A DNA stretch of 64,000 bases from an uncultured bacterium (GCA_938036155.1 CALHPA010000004.1:5376-69375), one strand, 5' to 3'. Numbered from the stretch's first letter, positions 27,858 through 39,336 are shown. The notes: generated by a model not told the origin, from the sequence alone. A program made the numbers and translations.

Positions 27858-29624
27858 ATGCGGATATTAGCGAAAAATTCGATTGACAAAATTGGTGAAA
27901 AAATTACAGTGAAAGGCTGGGTAAATTCTCGACGTGATCACGGCGGTTTAATTTTTATTGATTTACGCGATCATTCTGGATTGCTTCAGCTTGTGATTTC
28001 GCCGGATTTTGCAGAGAGTTTTGAATTAGCTGAAAAATGTCGTGATGAATTTGTGATTTCGGCAACTGGTGTAGTAAAAGAGCGCACTGAAAATTTGAAA
28101 AATCCAAATATTTCAACCGGTAAAGTTGAGCTTATTGTTGAGAATCTTGAAATTTTAAACCGAAGTGAACCTTTGCCAATTGCAGTTTCCGATAATGGTC
28201 AAAAATCGAATGAAGAATTACGATTAAAATATCGTTTTTTAGACTTACGCCGTGAAAAAATGCAAAAAATGTTGCGTCGTCGTGCTGAATTTTATCGTGA
28301 AATTCGAAAATTTATGGAAAATCACGAATTTATTGAAGTTGCTACACCGATTCTTGCGAATTCTAGCCCAGAAGGTGCGCGTGATTTTTTGATCCCGAGC
28401 CGTGTTCACCCTGGAAAATTTTATGCTCTACCGCAAGCTCCGCAACAGTTTAAACAGCTTTTAATGGTTGGTGGAATTGATAAATACTATCAAATCGCTA
28501 CTTGTTTTCGTGATGAAGATCCACGAGCGGATAGGCTTTATGGTGATTTTTATCAGCTTGACCTTGAAAAGGCTTTTGTTGAAAATGGTGAAGAGATTCG
28601 CTCAGAAATGGAAGTTCTTATTAAAGATCTAGTGAAAAATTTTGCTAAAAAAGAGCTTTTGAGCGAAGAAATTCCGCGGATTCCTTATGAAGTTGCGATG
28701 GAAAAATACGGTAGCGATAAGCCTGACTTGCGTTTCGGAATGGAATTGATTGATTTAAAAGGTGTATTGGCCGAAACTGAATTCGGTGTGTTTAAAAATG
28801 CTGAATGTGTGAAAGCAATTTGTGTTAAAAATGGCGCAAGCTTGAGCCGAAAACAGATTGATAATTTCACTGAAATTGCTAAAAGCGAGGGCGCTGGTGG
28901 TTTGGCTTATATTGCATATGCTGAAGGTGAAGTAAAAAGTCCAATTGTGAAGTTTTTGAGTGAAAATGAGCTTTCGAAAATTAAAGAAGAAACTTGCGCA
29001 GAAGATGGTGATGCGATTTTCTTTGGAGCAGATAAACGTGAAGTTGTGAATAAAGTTCTTGGTCGTCTTCGAAATGAATTTGCTGATTTCTTTAATTTGA
29101 AAGATGAAAATAAAGTGGCTCTCGCTTGGGTTGTAGATTTTCCATTTTATGAATTTGATGAGAAAAATAATAAAGTTGATTTTGGCCATAATCCATTTTC
29201 GATGCCAAAAGGTGGTATTGAGGCTCTTCGAAATGCTGAAACTGATGCTGAAAAACTGGCAATTAAAGCCGACCAATACGATATGGTGATGAATGGTTAT
29301 GAAATCTGTTCAGGAGCCGTTCGAAATCATAGCCCAGAAGTGATGTACGAAGCTTTTGGGTTGCTTGGCTATGATAAAAAATATGTTGAAGAAAAATTTG
29401 GTGCGATGTTGAATGCGTTTAAATTTGGTGCGCCTCCGCATGCTGGTTGTGCATTTGGTTTAGATAGAATTTTTATGATTTTAATGAATGAAGACAATAT
29501 CCGTGAAGTGGTGGCATTTCCAAAGAATGGTTCGGGGGTAGATGTAATGATGAGTTCACCGAGCTTTGTAGACGAAGGTCAGTTAAAGGAATTAAAAATT
29601 GAGCTTTCTGAAGATGGGGAATAA
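27858..29624 (+). CDS. aspS: Aspartate--tRNA ligase
   Basis: VKGWVNSRRDHGGLIFIDLRD, FYALPQAPQQFKQLLM, class II motifs (FRDEDPRADR, GLDR). I chose ATG 27858, which follows SD AGGAGAA. Confidence 0.95.
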   Translation: MRILAKNSIDKIGEKITVKGWVNSRRDHGGLIFIDLRDHSGLLQLVISPDFAESFELAEKCRDEFVISATGVVKERTENLKNPNISTGKVELIVENLEILNRSEPLPIAVSDNGQKSNEELRLKYRFLDLRREKMQKMLRRRAEFYREIRKFMENHEFIEVATPILANSSPEGARDFLIPSRVHPGKFYALPQAPQQFKQLLMVGGIDKYYQIATCFRDEDPRADRLYGDFYQLDLEKAFVENGEEIRSEMEVLIKDLVKNFAKKELLSEEIPRIPYEVAMEKYGSDKPDLRFGMELIDLKGVLAETEFGVFKNAECVKAICVKNGASLSRKQIDNFTEIAKSEGAGGLAYIAYAEGEVKSPIVKFLSENELSKIKEETCAEDGDAIFFGADKREVVNKVLGRLRNEFADFFNLKDENKVALAWVVDFPFYEFDEKNNKVDFGHNPFSMPKGGIEALRNAETDAEKLAIKADQYDMVMNGYEICSGAVRNHSPEVMYEAFGLLGYDKKYVEEKFGAMLNAFKFGAPPHAGCAFGLDRIFMILMNEDNIREVVAFPKNGSGVDVMMSSPSFVDEGQLKELKIELSEDGE

Positions 29625-30189
29625 ATTGGTAAATTTTCGAAAAAAATTTGGTTTTTTAGTGGTTATTATAATTGGTGGATTTTTGGTTTTGTTTCAATTT
29701 TCGAAAATTGTTTTTGCTGAAGAAATGGCAAAAGAAAAACCAACTGAAATTCAGATTTCGAAAATTAGTAAAAAATGTGAAGATTTAAAAAATAATTTAA
29801 AAAAACTTCGCTCTGAAGATACTCTAAAAAGAGTTAATCTAGGGAAAAACTATGAGAAGATTTCGAACGGATTGATGTCGAATTTTAACGCAAGGATTGC
29901 TTTAAATAAGAAAAATGGTGCTGAATTGATCCTGGTAGCTTCTGAATTTGAAGAGAATTTTAAGTATTTCAAAGAGAATTTTCAGACTTATGAACGAGAG
30001 CTTTCTGAATTAGTTTCACAGGATTGTGCTAAAAATCCGCGTGAATTTTATTTAAAGCTTGAAAAAACACGTCGTGCTCGCCGAGAAGTAAATTACAACA
30101 CTAAAAAATTGAATGAAATTGCTGAAAAATATGGTGTTCAGGTTCATGATTTTGTTGTAAAAAATACATCAGGAGTTTTGAATGAATAA
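29599..30189 (+). CDS. Hypothetical secreted or anchored helical protein
   Basis: ORF with an N-terminal TM/signal (FGFLVVIIIGGFLVLF). The start may instead be ATG 29614. It overlaps the aspS stop. Confidence 0.45.
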   Translation: MSFLKMGNKLVNFRKKFGFLVVIIIGGFLVLFQFSKIVFAEEMAKEKPTEIQISKISKKCEDLKNNLKKLRSEDTLKRVNLGKNYEKISNGLMSNFNARIALNKKNGAELILVASEFEENFKYFKENFQTYERELSELVSQDCAKNPREFYLKLEKTRRARREVNYNTKKLNEIAEKYGVQVHDFVVKNTSGVLNE

Positions 30190-30592
30190 TTTTTTGAATA
30201 AAATTAAATCAAAAATTAAAAATCGGCCATCGGAATCACAAAAAGAAATTAATGGTTCACGCAATTTGATAATTTTTCTTGCGGGAAGTTTAGGGATTGC
30301 ATTAGTTTTGGTGATTGCAAGCTTAATTCTTTACACTTCGGATGGAACTATTCAGCTTGATTTGAGTAGGCCAGTTTTACAAGAGGCGCGTGAAGCTCAG
30401 AAAAAGGGAAAAAAAGAGGAAGAACGTAAGAAAAACGAAAAAGATGAGGAGTTTTTACCGCAAGGTGGTCTTTCGAATAAAGATATGGCGGATTTCGAAA
30501 GGCTTTATTCGAAAGCAAGAAAGAAAATTCATACAGATGAGTTTAGCGAAAGCTCCTTAAGTGATGAAACTTTAAAGATAACAGACCAATAA
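30182..30592 (+). CDS. Hypothetical single-pass membrane protein
   Basis: 136 aa with one TM segment (LIIFLAGSLGIALVLVIASLILY) and a charged C-terminal tail. It overlaps the upstream gene by 8 nt. Confidence 0.45.
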   Translation: MNNFLNKIKSKIKNRPSESQKEINGSRNLIIFLAGSLGIALVLVIASLILYTSDGTIQLDLSRPVLQEAREAQKKGKKEEERKKNEKDEEFLPQGGLSNKDMADFERLYSKARKKIHTDEFSESSLSDETLKITDQ

Positions 30593-30601
30593 AGGAGAAG
30601 A

Positions 30602-31276
30602 ATGGCTTTTTTAAATCCGAAAGATTTTATTATTACTCGTAAGCGTAAACTTTATAAATTTGCGCTTTTTAATAATTTTGCAATTTGTTTTGAATTTAAT
30701 GAATGGCAAAAAGAAAATGCTGAAGTCAATAATTTAGAAATTGGTGCAGGAACAGGGCTTTTTAGCGAAGCTTTGGCTGCAAAAAATCCAATGAAGAATT
30801 TTGTGGCGGTTGATGTTAAAGCTGATCGGTTAGTTAAAGGTGCTATTCAAGCTGAGCAGGATGGTGTTAAAAATATTCGTTTTTTACGAGCACGAGCCGA
30901 CCAACTTCTTGAAGCTTTTGGTGAAAATTCGGTAAAATATCTTTGGGTGACCTTCCCTGACCCTTACCCACGTGAGCGTAATTCAGGCCGTAGATTAACA
31001 CATCCAAATTTTTTGCGAATTTACGCTAAGCTTTTAGCTGAAGATGGTGCACTCTACTTTAAAACTGATGCTAAGAACCTTTTCGAATGGAGCTTAGAAC
31101 AGCTTGTGGCAGAAGGTTGGAAAATTGAGCGGCTTAGTTTTGATTTGCATGAAAGCGACTTAAACGAAAATTATAAAGTGATGACGACTTATGAAAAACG
31201 TTTTACGGCAGAAGGACTAAAGATTAATTTTGTAAAGGCTACACCACCAAAAAATATTTTTCCTGAAAAGTGTTAA
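30602..31276 (+). CDS. trmB: tRNA (guanine-N7)-methyltransferase
   Basis: LEIGAGTGLF..VAVDVK..FPDPYPRERN..RL is the TrmB signature. SD AAGGAGAAG. Confidence 0.85.
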   Translation: MAFLNPKDFIITRKRKLYKFALFNNFAICFEFNEWQKENAEVNNLEIGAGTGLFSEALAAKNPMKNFVAVDVKADRLVKGAIQAEQDGVKNIRFLRARADQLLEAFGENSVKYLWVTFPDPYPRERNSGRRLTHPNFLRIYAKLLAEDGALYFKTDAKNLFEWSLEQLVAEGWKIERLSFDLHESDLNENYKVMTTYEKRFTAEGLKINFVKATPPKNIFPEKC

Positions 31277-31407
31277 ATTATCTTTTATTTATTCTTATGA
31301 TTAAAATTAAGAAATAATATAGAGTTACACCAAAACTATAGCTTAATTGATATTTTATAAAAAATATGGTAGAATTATATGAATGAATAATTTTCGAGAG
31401 AGGTGAG

Positions 31408-34218
31408 ATGGCGGATTTTTTAGAAATCAAAGGTGCACGTGAACACAATTTGAAAAATATAGATTTAAAAATTCCACGTGATAAATTAGTAGTGATAACA
31501 GGGCTTTCTGGTAGCGGAAAATCAAGTTTAGCATTTGATACGATTTACGCGGAAGGCCAGCGCCGTTATATGGAAAGTTTAAATTCTTATGCCCGCCAAT
31601 TCTTAGGCACGATGGATAAACCAGATGTCGACCAGATTACTGGGCTTAGCCCGGCTATTTCGATTGATCAAAAATCTACCAGTCGCAATCCACGATCGAC
31701 TGTGGCGACCGTAACGGAGATTTATGATTATCTACGTTTACTTTTTGCGCGAATTGGTACGCCACATTGTCCAATTTGCGGTCGAGATGTGGTTCGGCGT
31801 ACGCCGCAAAGTATTGTTGATAGTATTATGAATCTTGAAGAAGGTTCACGGATAATATTACTAGCACCAATCGCAAAAGCCAAAAAAGGTGAATTTGCGC
31901 ATATCCCTGAAGAATTTTCGAAAAAAGGTTTTGCTCGCGCTCGGGTAGATGGAGTGATTTATGCTTTAGACGAATTCCCTGAACTCGAAAAAAATATTAA
32001 ACATAATATTGAAATTGTAGTTGACCGTTTAGTACTTTCAAAAGAAATGAAGACGCGTCTAGCACAAAGTGTTGAGCAAGCACTTGAGATGACTGGTGGA
32101 ATTTTAGAGATTTTAAATGATGAAACTGGTGAGGTGAAGATTTTTTCGCAACGTTATGCTTGTGAACTCCACCCAGATGAACATATTCCCGAGCTTGAAC
32201 CGCGATTATTTTCATTTAATGCGCCACAAGGAGCTTGTGAAACTTGTTCGGGGCTTGGAACACGAATGGAAATTGACCCAGAATTGGTGCTTTCACCAAA
32301 TTTAACAATTTCTGAGGGTGCGATTCGGCCTTATAATCGTGTGATGGAGAAAGGTTATCGAATTAAATTGCTCGAGGAAGTTGCAAAACGCCATGGATTT
32401 TCAACAAAAGTCCCAACTAAAAAACTCTCAAAAGAAGCAATCGAAATTATTTTATACGGCACAAATACAGATGAAAAATATCCGATCGAAATGAACGGCC
32501 GGGTTTATAATATGAATTTTGAAGGTGTAATTCCGAATCTAGAGCGTCGCCATCGAGATACGGATAGTGAATTCCAGCGTAAGGACATCGAAAGATTTAT
32601 GCGCGTTCGAAAATGTCAAACTTGTGGCGGAAAGCGATTGAAACCTGTTGTTCTTGCTGTGACGGTTGCCGGTTTGAACATCGTGGAAATTTGTGATCTT
32701 GCAATTGATGAAGCTGTTGAACTTTTCAAAAATTTAGAGCTAAATGAACAGCAAAAATTTATTTCAACTCAAATTCTAAAAGAGATTTCTTCGAGGTTAG
32801 GCTTTATGAATAATGTTGGTCTGAACTATTTGGAACTTTCACGCGCAGCTAATACTTTGAGCGGTGGTGAGGCACAGCGGATTCGTTTGGCGACGCAGAT
32901 TGGTTCAGGGCTTCAAGGTGTGCTTTATGTTTTAGATGAGCCTTCGATTGGCCTTCATCAGCGAGATAACGACAAACTAATTGCTACACTAAAAAATCTC
33001 CGTGATTTAAATAATACCGTGTTAGTTGTTGAGCATGATGAAGATACGATTCGGGCGGCAGATTGGTTAGTTGATGTTGGTCCTGGCGCTGGTGTAAATG
33101 GTGGAATGATTGTGGCTTCAGGCACACCTGAAGAGGTTTCGAAAAATCCCAAATCTTTAACAGGGCAATTTTTGAGTGGCGAAGATAAAATTCAAACACC
33201 AAAAAAGCGCCGAAAAATTCAGAGAAATGAAAAATTGGTGATTAAAAATGCACGCGAAAATAACCTGAAAAATATTGACGTTGAAATTCCGCTAGGCGTA
33301 ATGACGGTGGTTTCGGGGGTTTCGGGTAGCGGAAAATCAACCTTAGTGAATGAAATTTTAAGCAAAGAATTATTAGCACGTAAGCACCGCGCGCAAGAAG
33401 TTCCAGGTGCGCATGATGAAATTTTAGGTTTGGAAAAACTTGATAAAGCAATCGTGATTGATCAAAGTGCAATTGGCCGTACGCCACGTTCGAATCCTGC
33501 AACTTATACTGGTGTTTTTACTCAGATTCGCGAGCTTTTTGCTGGTACTCCGGAAGCGAATATTCGCGGCTATAAAGCTGGTCGATTTAGTTTCAACGTT
33601 AAAGGTGGCCGCTGCGAAAACTGTCAAGGTGATGGTGTAATTAAAATTGAAATGCATTTTTTACCAGATGTCTATGTAGAATGTGATGTCTGTCATGGTA
33701 AGAGATATAATCGCGAAGCACTGGAGATTCTTTATAAAGGAAAAACAATCTCGGATGTTTTAGAAATGACAATTGATGAAGCAACAGAATTCTTCGAAAA
33801 TATTCCTGCAATTTATCGAAAATTAAAAACGATTCAAGAAGTTGGTTTGGGTTATATTAAACTCGGTCAGCCCGCAACAACTTTTTCGGGTGGAGAGGCG
33901 CAACGAATTAAACTCGCAACCGAGCTTGCGCGTGCTTCAACTGGTAAAACAATGTATATTCTGGATGAGCCGACAACAGGGCTACATAATGCAGATGTAA
34001 AAAGATTGCTTTCGATTTTGAATCGTTTGGTTGACGCTGGAAACTCAATGGTTATAATTGAGCATAATTTAGATGTTGTTAAAAGTGCTGACTGGCTAAT
34101 TGATATGGGTCCAGAAGGCGGAGCAGGTGGTGGAACCGTTGTGGCAACTGGAACTCCAGAACAGGTTTTGAAAGTCGAAAAGAGCTGGACTGGAAAATAC
34201 CTTAAAAATATTCTTTAG
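31408..34218 (+). CDS. uvrA: Excinuclease ABC subunit A
   Basis: 936 aa. [48 protein letters not shown], zinc modules and two ABC ATPase halves. Confidence 0.97.
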   Translation: MADFLEIKGAREHNLKNIDLKIPRDKLVVITGLSGSGKSSLAFDTIYAEGQRRYMESLNSYARQFLGTMDKPDVDQITGLSPAISIDQKSTSRNPRSTVATVTEIYDYLRLLFARIGTPHCPICGRDVVRRTPQSIVDSIMNLEEGSRIILLAPIAKAKKGEFAHIPEEFSKKGFARARVDGVIYALDEFPELEKNIKHNIEIVVDRLVLSKEMKTRLAQSVEQALEMTGGILEILNDETGEVKIFSQRYACELHPDEHIPELEPRLFSFNAPQGACETCSGLGTRMEIDPELVLSPNLTISEGAIRPYNRVMEKGYRIKLLEEVAKRHGFSTKVPTKKLSKEAIEIILYGTNTDEKYPIEMNGRVYNMNFEGVIPNLERRHRDTDSEFQRKDIERFMRVRKCQTCGGKRLKPVVLAVTVAGLNIVEICDLAIDEAVELFKNLELNEQQKFISTQILKEISSRLGFMNNVGLNYLELSRAANTLSGGEAQRIRLATQIGSGLQGVLYVLDEPSIGLHQRDNDKLIATLKNLRDLNNTVLVVEHDEDTIRAADWLVDVGPGAGVNGGMIVASGTPEEVSKNPKSLTGQFLSGEDKIQTPKKRRKIQRNEKLVIKNARENNLKNIDVEIPLGVMTVVSGVSGSGKSTLVNEILSKELLARKHRAQEVPGAHDEILGLEKLDKAIVIDQSAIGRTPRSNPATYTGVFTQIRELFAGTPEANIRGYKAGRFSFNVKGGRCENCQGDGVIKIEMHFLPDVYVECDVCHGKRYNREALEILYKGKTISDVLEMTIDEATEFFENIPAIYRKLKTIQEVGLGYIKLGQPATTFSGGEAQRIKLATELARASTGKTMYILDEPTTGLHNADVKRLLSILNRLVDAGNSMVIIEHNLDVVKSADWLIDMGPEGGAGGGTVVATGTPEQVLKVEKSWTGKYLKNIL

Positions 34219-34302
34219 GATAAATTGTCGTATCTTTTGAAAAGTAGTATAATATGTACTATAAAGTGCTTAATTTTATATCACGAAAGGAAAAGATAAA
34301 AG

Positions 34303-35316
34303 ATGGCGATTTTAGTAACTGGTGGTGCAGGATTTATTGGTGCTCACACTTCAATTGAGCTTCTTGAAAATAATAAAGAAGTTGTAATTATTGATAATTT
34401 TCGAAATTCGAAGCCTAAAGCTTTAGAGCGAATCCGTGAGATTTCGGGTAAAGATTTTAAGTTTTATGAAGCTGATATTTTAGATAAAGATGAGCTTCGA
34501 AAAATTTTTCAAGAAAATAATATTGAGCAAGTGATACATTTTGCGGGCTTAAAAGCTGTTGGCGAAAGTGTTGAAAAACCACTTGAATACTATAAAAATA
34601 ATATCCAAGGAACGATTTCGCTTTTAGAAATTATGCGAGAATTTAACGTTTACGATATCGTTTTTTCTTCGAGTGCAACAGTTTATGGCGATAAAAATCC
34701 AGTGCCTTATCGAGAAGAAATGCCTTGCGAAACAGCAACGAATCCTTATGGATATACTAAAGTTGTGATTGAACATATTTTAAAAGATTTAGCGAAGGCT
34801 GATATGCGCTGGTCGATTACAATTTTGCGATATTTCAACCCAATTGGTGCGCATGAAAGCGGTTTAATCAGTGAAGATCCACAAGAAATTCCAAATAATT
34901 TAATGCCGTATATTTCTCAAGTTGCCATTGGAAAACGAGAAAAGCTTTCAATTTTTGGTGATGATTACGAAACTCCTGATGGTACAGGCGTGCGTGATTA
35001 TATCCATGTTGTGGATTTAGCTAAGGGTCATTTGAAAGCATTAGAAAATAACCGCAAGAATGGTGGCGTTAAAATTTATAATCTTGGTTCGGGCTCGGGA
35101 GTGAGTGTTTTGGAGCTAATTCGTGCTTTCGAAAAAGCCTCAGGTAAAAAGATTCCTTTCGAAATAGCTCCGCGCCGTGCAGGTGATATTGCATTTTATT
35201 ATGCTGATGTTGCTAAGGCCGAAAAGGAGCTTGGTTGGAAAACTGAAAAAACACTCGAAGAGATGTGTCGAGATTCGTGGAATTGGCAAAGCAAAAATCC
35301 GAATGGATTGGTATGA
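34303..35316 (+). CDS. galE: UDP-glucose 4-epimerase
   Basis: ILVTGGAGFIGAHT, SSSATVYG and YGYTK (the YxxxK catalytic motif). 337 aa. Confidence 0.93.
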   Translation: MAILVTGGAGFIGAHTSIELLENNKEVVIIDNFRNSKPKALERIREISGKDFKFYEADILDKDELRKIFQENNIEQVIHFAGLKAVGESVEKPLEYYKNNIQGTISLLEIMREFNVYDIVFSSSATVYGDKNPVPYREEMPCETATNPYGYTKVVIEHILKDLAKADMRWSITILRYFNPIGAHESGLISEDPQEIPNNLMPYISQVAIGKREKLSIFGDDYETPDGTGVRDYIHVVDLAKGHLKALENNRKNGGVKIYNLGSGSGVSVLELIRAFEKASGKKIPFEIAPRRAGDIAFYYADVAKAEKELGWKTEKTLEEMCRDSWNWQSKNPNGLV

Positions 35317-35408
35317 AAATTTTAAAAAAAGTTTGTTTTTAGACAGACTTTTTTATTTTTTCGAAAAAAGTACTTGACTTTTTAAGCTACCTTGTATAAC
35401 ATGGAAGT

Positions 35409-35750
35409 ATGAAAGAACAAGAAAGTATTGAAAAATATGCTTCACAAATTTCAACCCAGATGCGAAAAGGTTTTATGGCGTTTTGTGTGCTAAAAGTTTG
35501 TGCAAAAAAGCCAGTTTATACCAGTGACATCATTCGGGAACTCCGTGAAGCTAAAATGGTTGTGGTCGAAGGCACGATTTATCCGTTGCTATCAAGGCTA
35601 CAAAAAGATGGATTATTAAGCCATGAATGGCAAGAAAGTGAGCAAGGTCCGCCTAGAAAATATTACTCAATAACTGAATTTGGCGCTAGTGTTTGTGAAA
35701 AGGTTAGCGAAGAAATCAGCAAATTAAATAAAACAATCAGCAAACTTTAA
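35409..35750 (+). CDS. PadR-family transcriptional regulator
   Basis: GTIYPLLSRLQKDGLLSHEWQESEQGPPRKYYSITEFG is the canonical PadR winged-helix signature. Confidence 0.9.
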   Translation: MKEQESIEKYASQISTQMRKGFMAFCVLKVCAKKPVYTSDIIRELREAKMVVVEGTIYPLLSRLQKDGLLSHEWQESEQGPPRKYYSITEFGASVCEKVSEEISKLNKTISKL

Positions 35751-35758
35751 GGAGAAAT

Positions 35759-37339
35759 ATGAAAGAAATTACAAGAATTCATTTGGCGAAAATTCCTTAC
35801 GAAATTGAAATTTACGCCAAAAAGAGGCTTGAAAAATATCTAAAAGATTTAAAAATCTACTCTGGTGATGAAGATATTTTTGAAGATGTTGAAATTCGAA
35901 TCACTGAAATTTTGGCGGAACTTGGCGTAAAAGAAGGCGGAGTAATTACTGAAAAGGAAATTTCAAAAATTGAGGCTCAAATTGGCTCACCAGAAGTGTT
36001 TCAAGATTTGAATTTTGATGGTGAAAATGAAGAAATTCGTGTTCCGAAAACTTCAAAAAAGCTATTTCGAGATGAACAAAATGGAATGATTTCAGGTGTG
36101 GCAGCAGGATTAGCGCAATATTTGAAAATTGATACGGTTTGGGTTAGGTTAGTTTTAGCGGTTATGTTTTTTGTGAGTTTTGGTACGATTGTTCCAATTT
36201 ACATTTTGTCGATTCTTATAATTCCAGCGGCAAAAAATGCTAATGATATTCTGCGACTTCGTGGTGAAGCTATCACGGCGGGTGCAATTCGAGAAGTGAA
36301 CGAAGAATATAATTTCGAAAAAAATGCAGCTCGAAATATGAAAATTGCTCGAATTTTTGGGATAATTTTCGGGGTTTTTACAGTTTTTGCTTTTCTTGGT
36401 GGAATCCTAGCGATGTTTTTTGGAAACTGGGCATTAATGCAAATTGGTGAAATGGCCAATTTTGCCAATGCAAAGAGTGCTGCAACTGGTATAGTAATTT
36501 CAGCAAATATAATGGGAATTTCGTATTTGATTTTTACGGCTTTTATTGCAAGAATGCTATTTAAATTGAAAGCTTCGAAAATTGACATCATAGCAATTAT
36601 TGTTTCAGTGGTAGTTGCTTTAGGCGGAATTTTAGGATCGATTTCTTTTACTTCAATTTTACGCGATAAAGCTAATGAGAAAGTTTCGAAAAGTTTAGTT
36701 TCTGAGCAAATTAAATTTAATTCTGAAAAAATGAAAAGTGTTAAGAAGTTAAAAGTTGATTCTTCTGTTGCTGTTTTCTATCATATTTCAGATGAGCAAA
36801 AAATTGAATTTACACATATGAATTTTCGAAAACATAATTTGAAAGCTGATTTTGAAGGAGAAACTTTGAAATTAAACTTAAATAATGTTCCGCAAAATCT
36901 ATATTTTGGTGGATTAGGCTATGAAGAAATTCATATTTATGGCCCAGAACTAAATGAAATTGATGTAACTTCAAATTCGAATGTAAATTATTTTGCGAAA
37001 GATGCTGAAAATATGAAAGTAAAAATGAATGGCGGCTCGGTTCATTTTGAAAATTCAGCTAAAATTACAAATTTAGAGATTTCGAAAGGTGAATATGGCG
37101 TATTTTCAGGAAGACATATTGATGTTTTGAACCTAACATTAAATTCGAATAGCGGAAATGTTGAACTAAAAAATGTTGAAAATGCAAATGTCAAAACTAA
37201 AAATTGTAGCTTCAATAGTCCAAGAATTACTCGTTTGAAAGCTCGTGCAAAAAATGTAAAAGTGAATGATTATGATTTTAACGAGAATACTAAAGGCCAA
37301 TGCTTTTATCTTGAGAATTTAGATAAAGATGAATTTTAA
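35759..37339 (+). CDS. PspC-domain membrane protein with a C-terminal beta-helix (DUF4097/LiaG-like) domain
   Basis: LFRDEQNGMISGVAAGLAQYLKIDTVWVRLVLAVMFF is a PspC domain. Four further TM segments follow, then a repetitive beta-rich tail. Confidence 0.8.
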   Translation: MKEITRIHLAKIPYEIEIYAKKRLEKYLKDLKIYSGDEDIFEDVEIRITEILAELGVKEGGVITEKEISKIEAQIGSPEVFQDLNFDGENEEIRVPKTSKKLFRDEQNGMISGVAAGLAQYLKIDTVWVRLVLAVMFFVSFGTIVPIYILSILIIPAAKNANDILRLRGEAITAGAIREVNEEYNFEKNAARNMKIARIFGIIFGVFTVFAFLGGILAMFFGNWALMQIGEMANFANAKSAATGIVISANIMGISYLIFTAFIARMLFKLKASKIDIIAIIVSVVVALGGILGSISFTSILRDKANEKVSKSLVSEQIKFNSEKMKSVKKLKVDSSVAVFYHISDEQKIEFTHMNFRKHNLKADFEGETLKLNLNNVPQNLYFGGLGYEEIHIYGPELNEIDVTSNSNVNYFAKDAENMKVKMNGGSVHFENSAKITNLEISKGEYGVFSGRHIDVLNLTLNSNSGNVELKNVENANVKTKNCSFNSPRITRLKARAKNVKVNDYDFNENTKGQCFYLENLDKDEF

Positions 37340-37352
37340 TTAAAGGAGGAAT

Positions 37353-38039
37353 ATGATTGAAGTTCGAAATATTTCAAAAATTTATGGCAAAAAGAAGAAT
37401 CGTTTTCAGGCATTAAAAGATGTAAGTTTCAAGATTGAAAATGGTTCAAGCGTGGCGATTATTGGGAAATCGGGAAGTGGAAAATCAACACTAATTCATG
37501 CAATGAGCGGCCTAGATGCTCCAGAAAAAGGTGAAGTTTTAATGGATAGAGTAAATATTCTATCAATGAATCAAAAGAAGATTGATAAATTTCGTTCGAA
37601 AAAAATGGGATTTATTTTTCAAAGCTTTTTCGTTCAAGGAAACGAAACTTGTTTCGAAAATGTGAGTTTGCCACTTGAAATTTCTGAAGAGCCAATTTTT
37701 CGAAGGAAAGAAATTGTAGAAGACGCCCTAAAAGCGGTTGGTTTGAAAGATAAAATTAAAACACCAGCTCGTGACCTTTCGGGTGGGCAAAAACAGCGTC
37801 TTGCGATTGCGCGAGCAATTGTAAACTCGCCAGAAATAATTTTTGCGGATGAACCAACGGGAAATTTGGACTCCGCAACTAGTGAAAAAATTGAAAAATT
37901 ACTTTTTGAATATAATAAAAAGTCTGGTGCAACGCTATTTATTATTACTCATGATGAAGAATTGGCAGAAAAGTGTGATATTCGGATTCGAATAAAAGAT
38001 GGCGAGATAGAGCATATTGAAGGAGTTAAAAATGCGTAG
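37353..38039 (+). CDS. ABC transporter ATP-binding protein (MacB/FtsE-LolD type)
   Basis: [23 protein letters not shown] and IFADEPTGNLD. Confidence 0.9.
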   Translation: MIEVRNISKIYGKKKNRFQALKDVSFKIENGSSVAIIGKSGSGKSTLIHAMSGLDAPEKGEVLMDRVNILSMNQKKIDKFRSKKMGFIFQSFFVQGNETCFENVSLPLEISEEPIFRRKEIVEDALKAVGLKDKIKTPARDLSGGQKQRLAIARAIVNSPEIIFADEPTGNLDSATSEKIEKLLFEYNKKSGATLFIITHDEELAEKCDIRIRIKDGEIEHIEGVKNA

Positions 38040-39336
38040 AGTTGATATTATTAAGCGAGCTGGAAAAAATATTCGTTTAGCGAAAGGGCGAACGATTTTG
38101 ACAAGTTTGGCGATTGCGGTTGGTGCGACAACGGTTGCACTCGCAATTGCGGCTGGAAAAGGCGGTAATGCTTATGTTGAAAGTCTAGCTAATAAATTGG
38201 GTGACCAAAATGCTTTAACTATCTCGCGATTAATTAAGAATAAAAAAGATCCGTATGCACCAAATAAGGTTGAAACTACACTTGAAGATTCACGAAAAAA
38301 TTTGGCTGAAGCTGACATGGAAAAACATTCAATAAAAAATGAAGATTTACAAAAAATCACAAAAATTAAAGGCGTTCGAAACGTTTCGCCAAAAGTTCCT
38401 ATAAATATTGATACTATTCGTGTCGAAAATGGAGTAAAATATGATGGAAGCGTTGCAACAAAAAATGACGAACAAGAGATGGGGCTTTCGGCCGGAAAAC
38501 TCAGCAAAAATAATCAAATTGATAATGGAAAAGTTATAGCGCCAAAAGCTTATGTTGAACCTTTTGGAGGTAAAAATCCTGCTGATATTGTGGGCAAAAA
38601 AGTAGTTTTCGAAATGAAAGACGTGGAAGGCAAAACTTTCGAAAAGACCTTTGAAATTCAAGCAGTTGATGCCGGAAAAACGGATACTAATTTTAACTAT
38701 CAAGGAAATTTCTGGATGAATAATAGTGATGGTTTGGAAATTGCGAAAAAGCAAAATTCTGGTGAAATGCGGTTTTATAGTGCGAGCGTAACAACCGACG
38801 GCACACGAAAAGTTGATGAAATTAAAAAGGAAATTACGGCATTAAATGGCGGTGAATTTTACCAAGTTTCCACTTTCGCAGATGATAAAGCAACTGTTCA
38901 AACAGCAATTAATGTTATGGCGGCGGGTCTTGCTGGATTTGGATTTTTAACACTTCTTGCTTCAGCTTTTGGAATTATTAACACGCAATATATTTCAGTT
39001 TTAGAGCGAACTTCACAAATTGGTTTGATGAAATCGCTCGGAATGCGAAAGAGTGATGTTTCGAAACTTTTTAGATACGAAGCGGCGCTAATTGGTTTAT
39101 TTGGTGGAATCATTGGGGTTGTTGTAGCGTATGGAATTACCTTCTTAAATCCTGTAATCAGTAGTGTTCTAAAATTGCAGAGTACTTCTGGCGTGGATAC
39201 GAATTTACTTCAACCAGATTTATTCGCTTGGATTTTATTGGTAGTTGGTTTGATGTTACTTTCGGTGATTTCTGGATTCTTGCCAGCGCGAAAAGCAGCA
39301 AAGATGAACCCAATTGAGGCTCTTCGAACTGAATAG
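38032..39336 (+). CDS. ABC transporter permease, FtsX/MacB type
   Basis: One N-terminal TM segment, a large extracytoplasmic domain and a C-terminal FtsX domain (IGLMKSLGMRKSDV..PARKAAKMNPIEALR). ATG 38032 is preceded by GAAGGAG. Confidence 0.85.
   Translation: MRRVDIIKRAGKNIRLAKGRTILTSLAIAVGATTVALAIAAGKGGNAYVESLANKLGDQNALTISRLIKNKKDPYAPNKVETTLEDSRKNLAEADMEKHSIKNEDLQKITKIKGVRNVSPKVPINIDTIRVENGVKYDGSVATKNDEQEMGLSAGKLSKNNQIDNGKVIAPKAYVEPFGGKNPADIVGKKVVFEMKDVEGKTFEKTFEIQAVDAGKTDTNFNYQGNFWMNNSDGLEIAKKQNSGEMRFYSASVTTDGTRKVDEIKKEITALNGGEFYQVSTFADDKATVQTAINVMAAGLAGFGFLTLLASAFGIINTQYISVLERTSQIGLMKSLGMRKSDVSKLFRYEAALIGLFGGIIGVVVAYGITFLNPVISSVLKLQSTSGVDTNLLQPDLFAWILLVVGLMLLSVISGFLPARKAAKMNPIEALRTE

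Noticed and set aside
31277-31407. Search for SOS/LexA boxes upstream of uvrA, and of uvrC at 44227-44310
   Set aside because: I saw no CGAAC-N4-GTTCG or TCGAAC-type palindrome beyond the ubiquitous TTCGAA, so nothing supports calling a site.
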